From: Callorhinchus milii
Lineage: Eukaryota
Direction of reading: 5' to 3'
DNA: 64,000 bases
Assembly: GCF_018977255.1 (NCBI RefSeq)
Contig: NW_024704742.1
Location: 117,926,001 to 117,990,000 of the forward strand
A model generated the notes under the pieces. That model did no database searches, was not told the origin of the DNA, and saw nothing but the letters and a program-made list of their open reading frames with translations. Position numbers and translations under genes: made by a program. Shown one piece after another: positions 36,382 through 49,870 of the stretch (positions are counted from its first letter, which is position 1; every line of letters begins with the position of its first letter).

Positions 36382-38959
36382 TGTAAAAGGATACAAAGCG
36401 TCGAGAAAGATAAAAGGGAGAGCAAAGTGCGTCGAAAGGAGGGAATACATATTAGAATCAACATCCTAAAAAAGTTTAATTTATACCCACAATGGTGTTT
36501 CTGTCACTCTTTTTTTCGAAGAGAGGGTATGTCTAGTTTTTTTTCTCTCTGATGGACCTGGTGTTTTATAACCTGAACAGATCACCTTTAAGTAAATAGA
36601 ATGTGGTTAATGTGCTAATCATATTTATTTTTTAGTCCCAATTTTTCTGTGGATTTTATTTTAACTGACAGAGCAGGCAGACGTGCATTTCCAATACTTG
36701 AGGCTGAACTAAATGGTTGTACACAAAGACATTTGGTTGAGGCCGCGGACCTTAGAAATCTACATATCGTTGTAACTAAATTTCTATCAGAAAGTGAGTT
36801 GGGAAGAGAGGGAACAGATGAGAACACTGACATACCCCTCCGATTGCCTGCGGTTGAGTTTGGTCGTAATAGTTAACACTTTGCTCAAGTGATACAAATA
36901 CTAATCCACAATGTTAAAGAATTAGCAGCACATCTGTTGTGTGTGTAACGTTTCCGGCAGCAACATTTCATCACAGGTCCAGCAAAGAAAAATTAAAATG
37001 TCTGATTCAAAGGGTTTCTTTTTATGGAAGGGATCTATTTGAAATGGGTTCCAGGTTGTTACTTACACCCACAACAGGGCGACAGCAAATGCCTGGAAAC
37101 ATATCGGTTGCTGGTAATGTAATTTATTTACTGAGTTTACTTCTTATAAAATATAAGGATTCAATTTTGTACAAACAAACACAACCCAGTTCGGATCCAG
37201 AGACTTGAGGCAGTGCAGGACAGAATCCCGCCCCGTTTTCGTATTAAAAGAAAAGAAAAACCGAAGGCACTTCAGCCGTTATATTTGTTCTCTTTATTGT
37301 TTCCATTTATTTTTGGTCTCAATCTGGAGAGACGCTCGACACGGTCAGCGCCGCATAAAAGACCGATCCTGTTTACCTTGTAAATTCATTATATATTCGG
37401 GGGCTATATTTTATATATTTTGGAAGGGTCTGAATGTCTGATGTTTCATAAATTTGAACCAATCTGCTTCGAGTGGCGTGAAGTCTGCAAGACGATATGA
37501 GCCATAATCGTAAATATTACACCTGTTATTAAATCACAAAGCGCACAATCCCGAATATTACTCGGGAACACTGGAAGTCGCATTGAGTTGGCAATGTTCC
37601 CCCCACAACACACACAACACACACAACACACACAACACTGCGAAAATTCAAATGAAAATGAAACAAGTGACATTAAGGCAGCGTTGGCATAAACGCGTTT
37701 CACTGCGATACATATGAATAACATAGAAGTGCGCGCTCTATAGTGAGTTGCGACTTAATAAATGTACCAGTTATGTCTCACTGATAAACGACCTGAAAAT
37801 AATTCACACCGATAAACGGATTATAAACTGTTGTACAATTTCTAGAGATCCACCCAGGCGTTCAACGGGATATTTAGTTATTTCCTCATGCCCCCCCCCC
37901 CCCCGGCTTTTCGCCTGGTTTCACCCCATCCTTGAGTTGAGTTTACAAAAAAAAATTGCTCATTCCGACCCTTGTGTTTGAAAGGAAGATTCCTTTGCAA
38001 TAATTAACGATCGCGCATTTTCTTATTTTCTTGCCTGATGAGAAGAATCAATTTTAATTCACGGCAAATTAGAGCAATGTTTTTTTCTGTGTCGTTCAGT
38101 TATACACAACAAGTCAGTGATTGGTGCTCTTATTTACTCTCCTGGTTTTGCATATAATAAACAGCCATGGAAGCGCAAATGTGAAACAATCGGAGAATTC
38201 AATCTATTTTTTTAAAAAAAATAAGCTTTAATTAGGGAAACCGTTAAAAAAAAAAGCACAAGCAGTTCTCTCTCCTTCCATTTGCTTCTTAACAAGTTAC
38301 CGATAATAACAACACATCAATCTTCGCCTCCCCCAAATAAATAAAAATAGACAAACAAACAAATTCGCCTCGAACAAGTTAATGCGGTGTATCTGAGTGG
38401 AAAGTAGATATTTTCACGCACTCTGGAGATGAGGATAGACTTTTAATAATATCACAAGAAAACAAATGTAATTCTAGCCAAACCTCATCCCAGTTAGTTA
38501 GTTAGTTAGTTAGTATTCCAGCGCTGTGCTCAGCTCAGGCTTCTTAAAACCCAGTTAGTTCCAGAATATGACTGTCATTCAATCAGAGACCTTTCGATCC
38601 GCGTTCGTTTATTATTTGGCTATTGCAGAGGTAATATGGCTTATTTTACAAGGATGATTTTTGTTGACTTTTTCCAACTGAGCTAATTCGGGCGTCTATA
38701 TTCACTCAATTAGAGAATTCTAAAGAGAAAATCGATCTTCCATCTACAGAAATGCCAGGTTAACAAATTAGATTCTTGTTTCGTGCAGGTGATTTTGTGA
38801 GAGCGCAGACAGTTCATGAATTAGAAGTAATAAGTTGTTGTGTGGATGTTTTTTTGCCGAGGCCGGGGAGAGATGGAACAGGGGATCGGGGTGCAAGGGA
38901 TCACACACTCCCCTTCTAACACCACCCCCCCCCCGCCCCAACTCGCCGTCCAACAACCA

Positions 38960-39200
38960 CTAAATCATTGCAGCCGCAAAGCAGTCTTCAATTACAGCGC
39001 TTTGCCCCCGAACGTGTGCTCTATTAAATCGTGATTCAGCCAAAAGAAATATAATTATGGTTCCAAATAAAATAATCAGCATTGAAGAGCGATTTCATTA
39101 ATGAGATGGAGCGGCTGCATGTCACGGAGTCCGGGGGTCTCATTAAAGGCTGGTAATGGGGCTGGGTTTGTGGTGAGGCAGAACAGTTTCTCAACCTGCT
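38960..39200. promoter_or_regulatory. Candidate conserved non-coding enhancer about 5.3 kb upstream of OTP
   Basis: Non-repetitive, CpG-retaining and dense in TAAT/ATTA cores, including the perfect palindrome TCATTAATGA (39095-39104). The mammalian OTP-TBCA interval is known to hold ultraconserved elements. Conservation of this block was not computed. Confidence 0.5.
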
Positions 39201-42171
39201 TTTTAATCCAACAACTCATATGAGTGAGAGAGTGAGTGGGGGAGTGAAACACAAGAGGAGAAACAAACGCAGTAACCTGGGAAGCGAAGTTGTGCTTCCA
39301 AAAGGGGGTTCGATCACAGCTGCTGATATTACCCCAACCCTGAGGGAAAGCTGCTGTTCACTAGGGGCTCCCCTCCCCTCCCCTCAACTTTCATTTACAG
39401 TCACTCGCGGGGTCTGTGCACAGGACTTTGTGAGCTTTGATACAACCTTTACAATTTCTGTCACTCCCAAATTGAATTTTTGCTGGTCTGAAGATTTGGG
39501 CTTCAGGTTTGCTGTAGCATCGATTTGCTGAAACTGACCTAATTTGGTTGCAGGTGTCCAACTGACCTGCTTCTTGGCCAATGCCCAATATTTTTGCTGT
39601 TTTTAGTTTTTCTTTCGTGGGTGGGTGGGTGGTGGTGGTGGGGGGGGAGGCGAGTACGCATATATTTGCTGATTGTGCTGTGCTGTTGCACTGTATATTT
39701 CTCTCAATGGTTACTCGTCACAGCTCATATATTACAAAACAAGGTGACGCCAACCCATGTTCTTGGATCTCCCATTTAAGCCATTGATCGTCTTTAACAG
39801 TAACCCTCAGTTATTGGGACAAAAGCACGGGCCACCTTCTCCCAGTGCATCACGCTCCAATAGAGGTTACAGTGTTAACCCCTGGACCATTCTTTGACCA
39901 TAATGTATTTTTTTTTCTTTCAATTTATTTTGCTGGATAGTCCACTGAGTACGCCGAGGATTCAATTTTCATCAATGTTATTAAAACTATTGTCCACCAA
40001 CTGCATTCAACATAGTGGGGCGTTGAACACTCAAGTGTTCCTAACCAGGAAATGCAAGTGATGTTTGCCTGCACCGTCTTCCTCTTTCACTGGAGACCTT
40101 ATTGATTCAACATAAGGAAATCAAAAATCGAAGGGAAAATGTATTTTTCAAAATGGGCTATTTGTAGGTTTAAATGCGTTTTAAATGTAGTGAATTTCAT
40201 CCTCCAAAAGGGGAAATTGGATTTTTTAAAATTAAAATGGTAAAAGTTTGTTTGGTCTTTCAAAAACTGTAGGAAGTTCTAGATAAACTCAATTGAGAAA
40301 AAGTGATATATGGCAAAGGAGTCTGTGCAGTATGTTCCCGACCATAGGAAAGAAACGCCTGAGTTTAGAAGTTTTGACTTACTTAACTGGAGCTAGCAAA
40401 AATGCCACGAACTCCAGAGACCAAATAAAATACTCTTCCCCCGTTTTAAGGACTTAATATGCTCAAGTACAATGCATAATGTCCAATGAAAGCCATGGGG
40501 CAAATTGGCGAACGAATGAGTTTTAAACAAATTACACTGCAGTCCACAAGGAGGGTGTATAGAGTGCTGTTACTTATATAAAAGGGTATGGTACTCGGTT
40601 GAGGTCTCTTCAATCTCACAGCTACTAACATATGGACCTTTAACTTCAAGTCCTCTTCCATTTTCAATTCACATTTCCTTTTTAAGCAATCTCAAATATT
40701 AGCTACATTACAATATTACCTAAGAGAATCAACAGAATACATCTCATGTCACTAGAGCTCGTCAGAAATCTGAATGTCAGAAAACTAAGACATTTAAAGC
40801 CTCTGGAATGAAAATATATTCAGTAATAACGAGGAAATTATTATAAATAAAACATTCTTTACTTTCCAGGTATAACTGTGATAGCCTTCTATTTTGGATC
40901 GTTTGCTCCATCGGGAGTCCTTGCGTAATTTGTAAATTATTGCTGTGTTTCTGTATAGATTATTCATTTCCTTCAGGATTCTGGTTGGTTTATGCCAGGC
41001 TCAATAGGAATCCACTTCATATAAATTAAAAATATCCATTCTTCCAGGTCTGAGGAAAACCTAGCAAAAGCCAGGAAAAGTCAAGAGCTCATTAAGAAAG
41101 CGTTTTGCAGTGGTGGAATAAACTAGCCAATTTCACTTCATCATTTGCACAAAATGATTTGGAACAAATATTGCAGAGGGCATTTTAATACTTGTACGTT
41201 ACTTCTGTAGCAAATATCTGTTCTCCCTTCAAGTACAAGTAACTTCCATTGTATGATTGCAAATTTGACATTAAAGCCACAGACACCTATTCTAGCGAAC
41301 TAAGAAAGTGGTTGCAATAATTAGCTCTTGGGCTCTCTACAAAAAGGGGGAAAAGGCACATTTTTGCCAAACAACGACTTGCAAAGCAAATTGGTTTTAC
41401 TGATTTAACTGCATAAAGCAGGCAGATTGTTATTTTACTGTTGTATAGATCTGAATATGGCAGATTTACAACAGGAATGAAAAGGGGGAGAGAAACATTA
41501 CTATTTCTGATCATGCTATCATACACTGTGATAAATTTCATGTCACACTGGAGAGTGATAGCACTGTTATATTTAACAGGATTTATTCAGGCATCTATAG
41601 AGTAACCAGAGGATATGCTTCACTGTGAAATAGGATTATTTCCACGAGTGAGTTATGGTTGATCTCACCAGTAGAAATTTAAGTTTCTTTTTAAAATAAT
41701 GCTTTTTGTGTATTGTATAGTTCTTAGAATTTTACCATTTAAGTTTCTAAAAATGTTTTTAATAAGCACATTATTAAAGGCATTTTAATACTTCATTAGG
41801 TTGTATGATCTGCTTCCTTTCAGTTGTGACTAAGCAACATCTTAAAAAATAATTATCAGTGATTAAGTATTAATTCATGTAGCAGTCTTAACCACTAACA
41901 CTAGTTGTTCATCAGTGAGTCACAGAATGGATGCAAATTATTTTATTTAATAAAGTACACAAAAGAAAAGTTGTCCAAATGGGTTGATGCTGTCGTTGCT
42001 ACAATTTCATACTAGAAGTGAATTGCAAATATAAAGTGCCCAAATACAGGTAATAAAGCAATTGCATACATCCTAAAATTCTTAGGTAAGTAAGTGTGTG
42101 GCCCAATATTGTGGCAACTGTTGCTAGATTAACACTTTGTCCAACTTTGTTAAAAAGAAAAAAGTTTCACC

Positions 42172-42540
42172 ATAATCCTTGCATTTGATATAGTGCCTTA
42201 TCACGTCTTTGAGACATCTCAAAGCGCTTCACAGAATATACTGTAAAGTGAATAGAGTGTATATTTTATGCGTGAAACTCGACAGCCAATTGCACACAGT
42301 AGGGTCCCACAAACAGTCCTGGATTGAGTGACTACATTTTGTTATATTTTTTTGAAGGGATTATTACCCCCGGAAAAGTGATCCGCCAATCGACTAACAA
42401 CTGGTTTCTTACTTACTGCTGGGTGAACAGAGCCATGTGGAGTAAGGAAACTTGCCTAATGTTTCTCCCTGCCCAGGAATCAAACCCAGGTCTTCTCGCT
42501 TCCGAGGTAATTGTTCTAACCACTAAGATACAGAACTTCA
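42172..42540 (-). mobile_element. Full-length tRNA-derived SINE, long type, just downstream of the TBCA polyA signal
   Basis: Tail ataatccttgcatttgatatagtgcc, internal ctaacaactggtttctacttactgct, and head caaacccaggtcttctcgcttccgagg..tctaaccactaag (reverse). Confidence 0.9.
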
Positions 42541-42594
42541 CACCATAGAAATTCAGACATACGCAAATCAGACAATTCATTGTCAGCACACACA

Positions 42595-42600
42595 TTTATT
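42595..42600 (-). terminator. Probable TBCA polyadenylation signal AATAAA
   Basis: tttatt on + is AATAAA on the minus strand, about 190 nt after the TBCA stop, followed by GU-rich sequence (tgtgtgtgctg). Confidence 0.65.
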
Positions 42601-42791
42601 GAATGCTTAATTATTTCATCATGATGTGGCACAATATTAGTTTGGGGTCACAGTCTGCCGCCCAGTGTAGTAGGGCTCAGAGTTACACAGGAATCAGACA
42701 CACAGTCCAAGCAAAAAAGCAGGGTTCGGTAGGAATGGAATGGGCAGTGCAAATGCTTGCAACAAAAGATCACCATTCAGGAAATGGATTT

Positions 42792-42872
42792 CTATGCTTC
42801 TAATTTGATTGATTCTAGTGTGGCCTGGGCATCCTTGTATTCCTCAGTTTCTTGCAAGTCTTTCTCACTCTC
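42792..42872 (-). CDS. TBCA: TBCA terminal coding exon 4
   Basis: tttTAG|GAG AGT GAG AAA GAC TTG CAA GAA ACT GAG GAA TAC AAG...TTA GAA GCA TAG = ESEKDLQETEEYKDAQATLESIKLEA*, against human ENEKDLEEAEEYKEARLVLDSVKLEA. Confidence 0.95.
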   Translation of the reverse strand, partial: ESEKDLQETEEYKDAQATLESIKLEA

Positions 42873-44935
42873 CTAAAAACAAGAAAGAATATACTTTATC
42901 AAAATCAGGGTCTTTTTTCATTTTCACATAAATATACACCTTACTACTATACATTCAATCTAAAGTATTCCTACTGACATTCAGTGATTGATAAATACTA
43001 TCAAACATTTTATACCTATCAGATGGAAGTAACCATATAATACCAACTCCACCTTTGAGAGACTGATATTTTAATCCACTCCACCAAATATGATTAAAAA
43101 AAACTCCAACTTACAGTTGCCTGTGGAGGGAAGAGCTTTAAAATAAAAATACCAGTAGTTTTAGTATCTTTAGACCAGTCACCTTTACATGGATGAAGGG
43201 AATTCATTAATAATGACACTGAAAGTGAAGCTAGATTTATATTTCCTATTCCTAAAGCATAATGGCAGAGAGGTTTCTGCACGTGTGCAAAAATTCAATA
43301 TTGATCAGGTCTGTAACATTAAAATGTTTCTTTGACAGTTCTTGGTCCTGAGTCTCATTGTCCAAGAATTTCCAAGGAAAATTCTGGGCAGGGCTCAAAA
43401 TTATTTATACAATATTTTTTTTCATACAGTATGAAGATAACTGTACTGCTGAGACCACTTTCAGAAAGTGTTTGGAGCTACCGATTGCTGGTGAAAATTA
43501 AGCTAGAAAGGAGCAGGAGCATTGGGGTCATCGGCAATGTAATTTCCTATGCGTTGCATATATGCACTGCAGATACTGCGAACACTCCCTGGAAGCGCTC
43601 CTGATTTCACTGGCTTTGTGAAGTGACATCAGCAGCACTTCCTGCACATAATGTGCAAATGCAGCACACAACAAATGACATTTGTTTTCCTCTGCATAAT
43701 GTACAAAGTGCAGGAAATAACATCAGCTGTGACCCCAACACCTCAGACATCAGCCATTTTATAGCATGGGAAGCCAAGTGTTCTACGCTTCTGGTTAGCT
43801 CAGGTCCACAATAGATCTGCGTTATAAACGAGGCTACACCCTATTACTTTCACTTCTTTTCTCTCTTCCCTCCTAAAGTCACAGGATGAATAGAAAATGT
43901 ATGCCCAATGATAAGGGAATTTGAAAAATTCTGGTAAGTGAAAAACTTTCCAAAAACTGGCAAAGAGCTGATGGCATTCCATTACTTTTTTTTAAAGTTT
44001 ATGTCCAAATGAAAGGCATAGAACAGCTATAATTATGTATAAAATGCAAAAGAGTGAACGCACATTGTGTTTTCATCCAATTACTCTAAAATATGCAGAC
44101 AATATCAACCAAATTATTCTAGGGAACTAGGTTTCAAAAGTAAGCTTGCTCAAATTTAAGAGCTGGCATCATCTACTGCTTCCCTAATTTGGTATCAATT
44201 GTGGATTCAGAAGTTTTATACAAAAACAATTTAATACATTAAATTCCCCATACTATTTATACCTCTGCAAATGGTAGTTCACTGAATTTGTATCCATTTA
44301 AAACAATACCTTAACTGATATTTCAAAATGAATATAAATCACACTGCCTTATTCTTAGCAAGAACAGCCTGCTAGTTCCTTTTTGTTTAAAAGAACTCAT
44401 GTTCCCCAAACAATCTGAATAATGAAATGTATTCTGTTGCAACTTCCAGCTGGGAAGCATACAGCAAGCTCAGTACACATTAAAATATAACTGCATAAAT
44501 TCAAATAAACCCCCGGTGACCACAAATTTCACCTAAGTTGAATTTGAAATATACCCAGTGTTTCAGGTCTACTCTAGCGAAATAAAGGATCACAATTTAT
44601 AGTAAGATTAAGGATTTATAGTAAGATTAAGATTAGGGTTCCTAATTGCATTAACTAACATACACTGAAAAGGCCTTAATAAATTAAAAAATGTTTTTAA
44701 AAAGTCTCAAAATAAAACATGGTCACTTTCTTCTCAAAATTTAAGTTGTAATTGATAAACCTATTTGAAATGTAATCATTTCATCTTATGCATAATGAAT
44801 CACACTTTATGATTAGATATCTTAACTGGAATGATAAGTTTCAACTTCCATTCCCCCAAGCGAATATGAATTCTAGATATGGAAAGGGGTGCTTTGCGAT
44901 TAGAACATGTCAAACTGGAAACAATGTTGACTCAC

Positions 44936-45022
44936 CAATATTTGTGAGAGGTCAGAATGGGCAGCTGCCAACCTACGCTGACAATCTGGGATCATCATCC
45001 ACGATTCTTGCAGAACCTCCAC
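44936..45022 (-). CDS. TBCA: TBCA coding exon 3
   Basis: tttCAG|GTG GAG GTT CTG CAA GAA TCG TGG ATG ATG ATC CCA GAT TGT CAG CGT AGG TTG...ATA TTG|GTGAGT = VEVLQESWMMIPDCQRRLAAAHSDLSQIL. 87 nt, phase 0 at both ends. Not in the ORF track. Confidence 0.95.
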
Positions 45023-46124
45023 CTGAAACAGAAAAGCAAAGTCAAAGAAAAATCAAACAAGGGATAAGAAAGTAAGAAAATAAGGGAAATAAAAAGTTAT
45101 CCAAGAAGCCACCCATACTATTGTTCTGAAACTGACCTTTTAGATGTATTTTTAGAATCAGCCATTTGTTTCATTAAATTTCCTTAAAAACTTACAAATT
45201 CACATGATCCCTACATATGGTCTGAACCTTTAATTTTGAAAGTCACCTTCTGAAATTGTTTTTAAAAATTACAAGCTTTGTAATTATATGCTTTGTAATG
45301 CTGCCACATAAATTGCTAATTTTATATCTATTTATAAATTTTACAGTTTTGTTTGACACAGTGTGCTTAAGCCCAATGTAGTTCTTTTTTTTAACAAAAG
45401 GATCAGCAGTGGGTATAAAGAGCTTTTATCTTTGGGGTAATAAAGAAATGCAGTGCCCAAGTAATATCACACAGATAATTACTGCATGAAAAAAGTTATT
45501 GAGTTATTGATCAAACTGTGCGCTCACTGCAGGAGGTTGAGATTGTGAAAGACAAAGGTCTACAGGAGCTCAGACACAAAGAAAGCAGAGACCAGCGGGC
45601 TCATCTTCATGGTCTTTAGCATGCATTAGAACTTGTTTTGTAAGATGTGTACCTTTATTCAGGCTAAACTGAAACAATTCTGACCCCTTCAGGAATAAGT
45701 GAAGCCCAATGTTAGCCATCAGAGTGTCCAACTAAATGGTGCAGCATTACAGCTTGGAACAAAGGCTTTGGAGCATCAAAGATTTAGGAAATTACAAAAA
45801 ATTGAAGTCTGTCCCTCAACATTCAAAAGCTTTGGATATGCTGCATTGCAATCTTAGCAACATAATGACTTGAAAACTTCTGTCCAGCCTCAAAGATTTT
45901 TTTGGGCAAAATTGTACTTATTTCAGTTAGAATTTCTTTATAAACAGTATAAACTAACAAATACATGAATTAAAGATTGCCCACGTATTAGACCGTAAGG
46001 TAACTGTAACAGCTCCATATACCACCAAAAATCTCAATATCGTGATGTATTACAATAAAGATCTTTGTTTGTGAATTATAACTTTGTCCAAAAAATTATA
46101 TTCTCACACAGAATATACCATTCA

Positions 46125-46432
46125 GGAGACCTGTAGCTCAATGGTTAGAGCACTCGGCTTGCAAGCGAGAGGCCTGGATTTGATTCCCGGCGGGGTGAAA
46201 CCTTGGGTAAGTTTCCTTACTCCACACGCCTAATAATAATCCCTCAAGTAAAAAAATGCAATAAAATTGGCCACTTCAATCCACGACTGTTTGTGGGACA
46301 CTACCATGCGCAATTGGCTGCCGGGTTTCGCCCAGAAATATACAGTCAACTCAGTATACTCTGTGAAGCGCTTTAAAATATCTAGAAGACGTGAAAAGCG
46401 CTGTATCAAATGCAAGGATTATTATTATTATT
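46125..46432 (+). mobile_element. Full-length tRNA-derived SINE, short type (TBCA intron 2)
   Basis: Head ggagacctgtagctcaatggttagagcactcggcttgcaagcgagag; tail tcaaatgcaagg(att)n. A reversed tail fragment follows at about 46670-46778. Confidence 0.92.
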
Positions 46433-49189
46433 ACCATTCATAGGATTTAAATCATCAACAGAAAAACTTATTTTCTGGTGTCTAGGCCACAGCCAAAAAA
46501 AAATCAATATTTTAAGGCATGAAAATTAGAATACACTGAAATATACACTTCTAGTGGCAAGGAGAACAAGACAAATTATCTCTCATCAACCACAAATGTA
46601 TACAAAATTATATTTAAAAGTTTCCCCTTGGTTGGTGTGCTTGTCTAACTTGCCTTAAGAGATACCTACAATAATAATCCTTGCATTTGATATAGCGCTT
46701 TTCACGTCTTCGACATCTCAAAGCGCTTCACAGAATAGACTGTAAAGTAAATTGACCGTGTATTTGTGGACGAAACGAGGACGAAATAGACAGTTGTACA
46801 TTATGCTTTATTCTCCAGACACAAAAACTAAGCTACAGTGCAGCCGCATTATAATGGTTGCAGTGTAGCACAGCTTTGCTTATAGTACTGGTGCCCAGTG
46901 GAGCAGTGCTAACTAGAAGCATAGTACACCCACCTCCCTGAGCTGAATAGGCAGCTATCCACACTAAAAAATGGTCAACTTCCAGGTTGTTAGGTTGCAA
47001 CTGCACATTGAGTATGCGTGCAATACAATGCAGGAAGCTCCGCTAATGCTACTCTCTGCACAGGAAGTGTAGTAAACGTCACTTCACGAAGGTAATGACA
47101 TCAGGGATGCTCTTGCACATTGTCCTGCACAAGCACAAAAAACGCTGTCAGCAGCAATCTGACGACCTGAAATTTGGCCATTTTATCACGCAGCCACTGA
47201 AATAGTGGACTCAGGTGACTGCAGTATAACAAAGTTGCCCTATAATAATAGCCAGTGTATCTCAAAATTGACTCAGTGAACATCTATTTTAATTATTAAA
47301 GTCTTAAATACATGACTGTATTAGGTTGAATATGCTAAATCAGGAATACGCTGAATATGCTAAAGCAGGAATAATTCTTACCTCATGTGTAACCCTTACA
47401 GATTTTGATTTTACCAATGTCACAAAATAATGTATCAGGGTTATTCATGCTTTTCATAGGATTTGCTTTTTTTTAAAAAAGCAGCATTTTTAACACAGAT
47501 CTAATGTGAGAGAACCAGGAAACGACTAAACAGTATTTTTGAATAAAATCAAGTTATTCTCAGCATAATGCTGAAGTAGCTTTGTGCTACCTTAAAATGA
47601 TTATTATGAACATCAAATTTAAATTTTTACAAGCTACAATATAACAAGACTATTAATCAACAAGATGAAACATTAGAAAGAGAATTTAAGTGGAGAAAGT
47701 TAGAAGATATTCCATAAAGGGACCTTTCTGTCTTGCGCTTGGTTATGTCAGATTGAGGTCTGACCTTATTATAGTTTGCAGTCACACCAAGTGGTCCCAC
47801 TCAAGAAGCCCATGTAGATACACAAGTTGAGACATTTAGACAAAACACAAGAAAGGTAATTGTTGTGACCATTGTTTATCCATAGTAAGGGAGGCTAAAT
47901 TTACTCTTCAGTGCTGAAGTCTAGAAGTAGAATGCTTTTCCTTATCCAAGAAAAAGGTTCCAGGGGAAAGATATGAACTAAATGAACCATTGCTAAAAAA
48001 AACTATCCCAAAACTTTGATTCTGTACCTGGCTAATTTTATCTCATCTGGAACCCATTTATTGGTATGCATCACATAGCAAGGTTTTTCTGCAAAATACT
48101 AATAATCCTTGCATCAACAGATCAACAGAAAAGGAAAGAAAATCAGATACAAATGGCACAATTGCTTCCATTTCTAGGACTCTACATGGGAGAAGTCAAA
48201 AAGGTCTCCCTAGGATTTAGAGATAGATACCCAAAAAGTTAAGGAAGTTTCAATTTTGACAAGTTTAATACATTAACTATTTTTTAAAATCAAATGGCAA
48301 CGTTTTGTAAGCAGTCAAGAAGCTGAAAACTGTAGAAAAAACTATTGGAGAGAAACTCAACCAGGATCTAGACTTATTATCATTGTTAATAACCACAAGG
48401 TTTCCCTATACTTTGATTTGATAGTGTTTTACCATGTTGAAATGTTTTGATGTGCATCATAAGAATTACTTTCACATGCAATGATCATTGTTGGCATCAA
48501 TGCTTCACAAACTATCAGACTAAACTTTTTTAAAGATGAAAAGGAATATTGATCATGACACGAAGGATACTGTGTTCTTTAAAATACGGTTGAATGTTTA
48601 ACACAATTTCTAGCATTCCTGACAAAATTGTAGTGATTTTGTTTACAGATGATATTGTGTATATAATAATCCTTGCATTTGATATAGCTCCTTATCACGT
48701 CTTAAGATGTGTCAAAGCAATTTGTGGGATCCTACTGGCATAGATGATCACTAGCTTTGCCTAGAAAGCACTCATACAATGACAGTAATTACTTGCCAAA
48801 TTCTTTAAAACATTTTAAATTGATAATAGTGCTGTAAAATGTTTTTTTCTGATTACATAGCTGAGATTGGAAATTGGTTTCCAAGGAACTGCACATACTA
48901 AAAAAAACTCCTTGTGGGGAAGGGGAAGAGAAAGGAGAAGAGTACTATGGAATTACTATTGAATTAGAGGGCTGACTATAGTGCAAGTTAACTACAGTGC
49001 AAGTTGAAAGTCAAAAAGTAGAAGGCACATGGAATCCAATGAATAAGAAAGGGTCAAAAGAGAGTTGAAAGAAGTGTTAAGTTGATTGTCACTCATTATC
49101 TAAATACAAACCAATAGTTAACAATACAAAGTAAACAACATGTTGGGCGAACATTTACAAATCAGATGAGTTTAAATCCCCAGAATCAT

Positions 49190-49385
49190 CATCAACAACA
49201 ACAACTTGCACTTGCGGAGTAGCGTCTCAGAGTGCTCAACAGTGGTGGAGCCTGACAGCCAGGGGGGAACGGACTGTAAGCACGGTCGAAAAGGGAGATT
49301 TTCAGCAGGACTTGAAAAGGGGGAGAGAGGGGACAAGGCAGAGGGATTGAGGGAAAGTGTAGAGGACTGTAAAGTGCTTAGGGTT
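49190..49385 (-). mobile_element. L2 LINE 3' fragment
   Basis: (CAA)n cttgcacttg tail followed by a G-rich reversed L2 ORF2 end (gggacaaggcagagggattgagggaaag). Confidence 0.65.
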
Positions 49386-49489
49386 AGGAGCAGTTCTGGT
49401 TGAAGGGAATTAAAATAGCTATGTAGACTCTGGAGGCAGTACAAACGAGAGCAATTAAATTAATTTTAGAAGAATAAGCTATTAGAACC

Positions 49490-49870
49490 AAAGTGCAGTT
49501 CTTCATCCTGAAAACGCATCTTATAGGGACTTACAGTGGTATACAAGGTGATTTTTTTTGTTAGTGATAAGGTGATTATGATTATCATAAGATGATTAAC
49601 AAGTGCACAAAAGTAATGTCAGAACAACACTTTTCAGTAGATCAAGGCCATGGTACAAGAAGATACAGGTTCAGAATTGTGAAGGGAAATTTTAGCCAAC
49701 AAGCGTAGCTATCTACGCACAGAAATCAGAAGCTGCAACATACCATTTTAAGGCCAAGATAATGGATCCATTGAAGAAATAAGAACATAAAGACATAAGA
49801 AATGCTAGATGAAAAAAGACCAAGGTCCATCTAGTTCGCCTTCCACCTTCCTGGCGGTTGTATGCACATA
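49490..49870. mobile_element. Decayed CR1 fragments (ORF2 C-terminus on +; CR1 3' tail on - at about 49780-49860)
   Basis: ggtacaagaagatacaggttcagaattgtgaagggaaatttt resembles the TRGH..K motif; taagaacataaagacataagaaat..ggtccatctagttcg is a reversed CR1 terminus. Confidence 0.5.

Noticed and set aside
44595..44631. Short tandem duplications (also about 47327-47372) and poly-C at 23396-23421
   Set aside because: Ordinary slippage products with no evidence of function.
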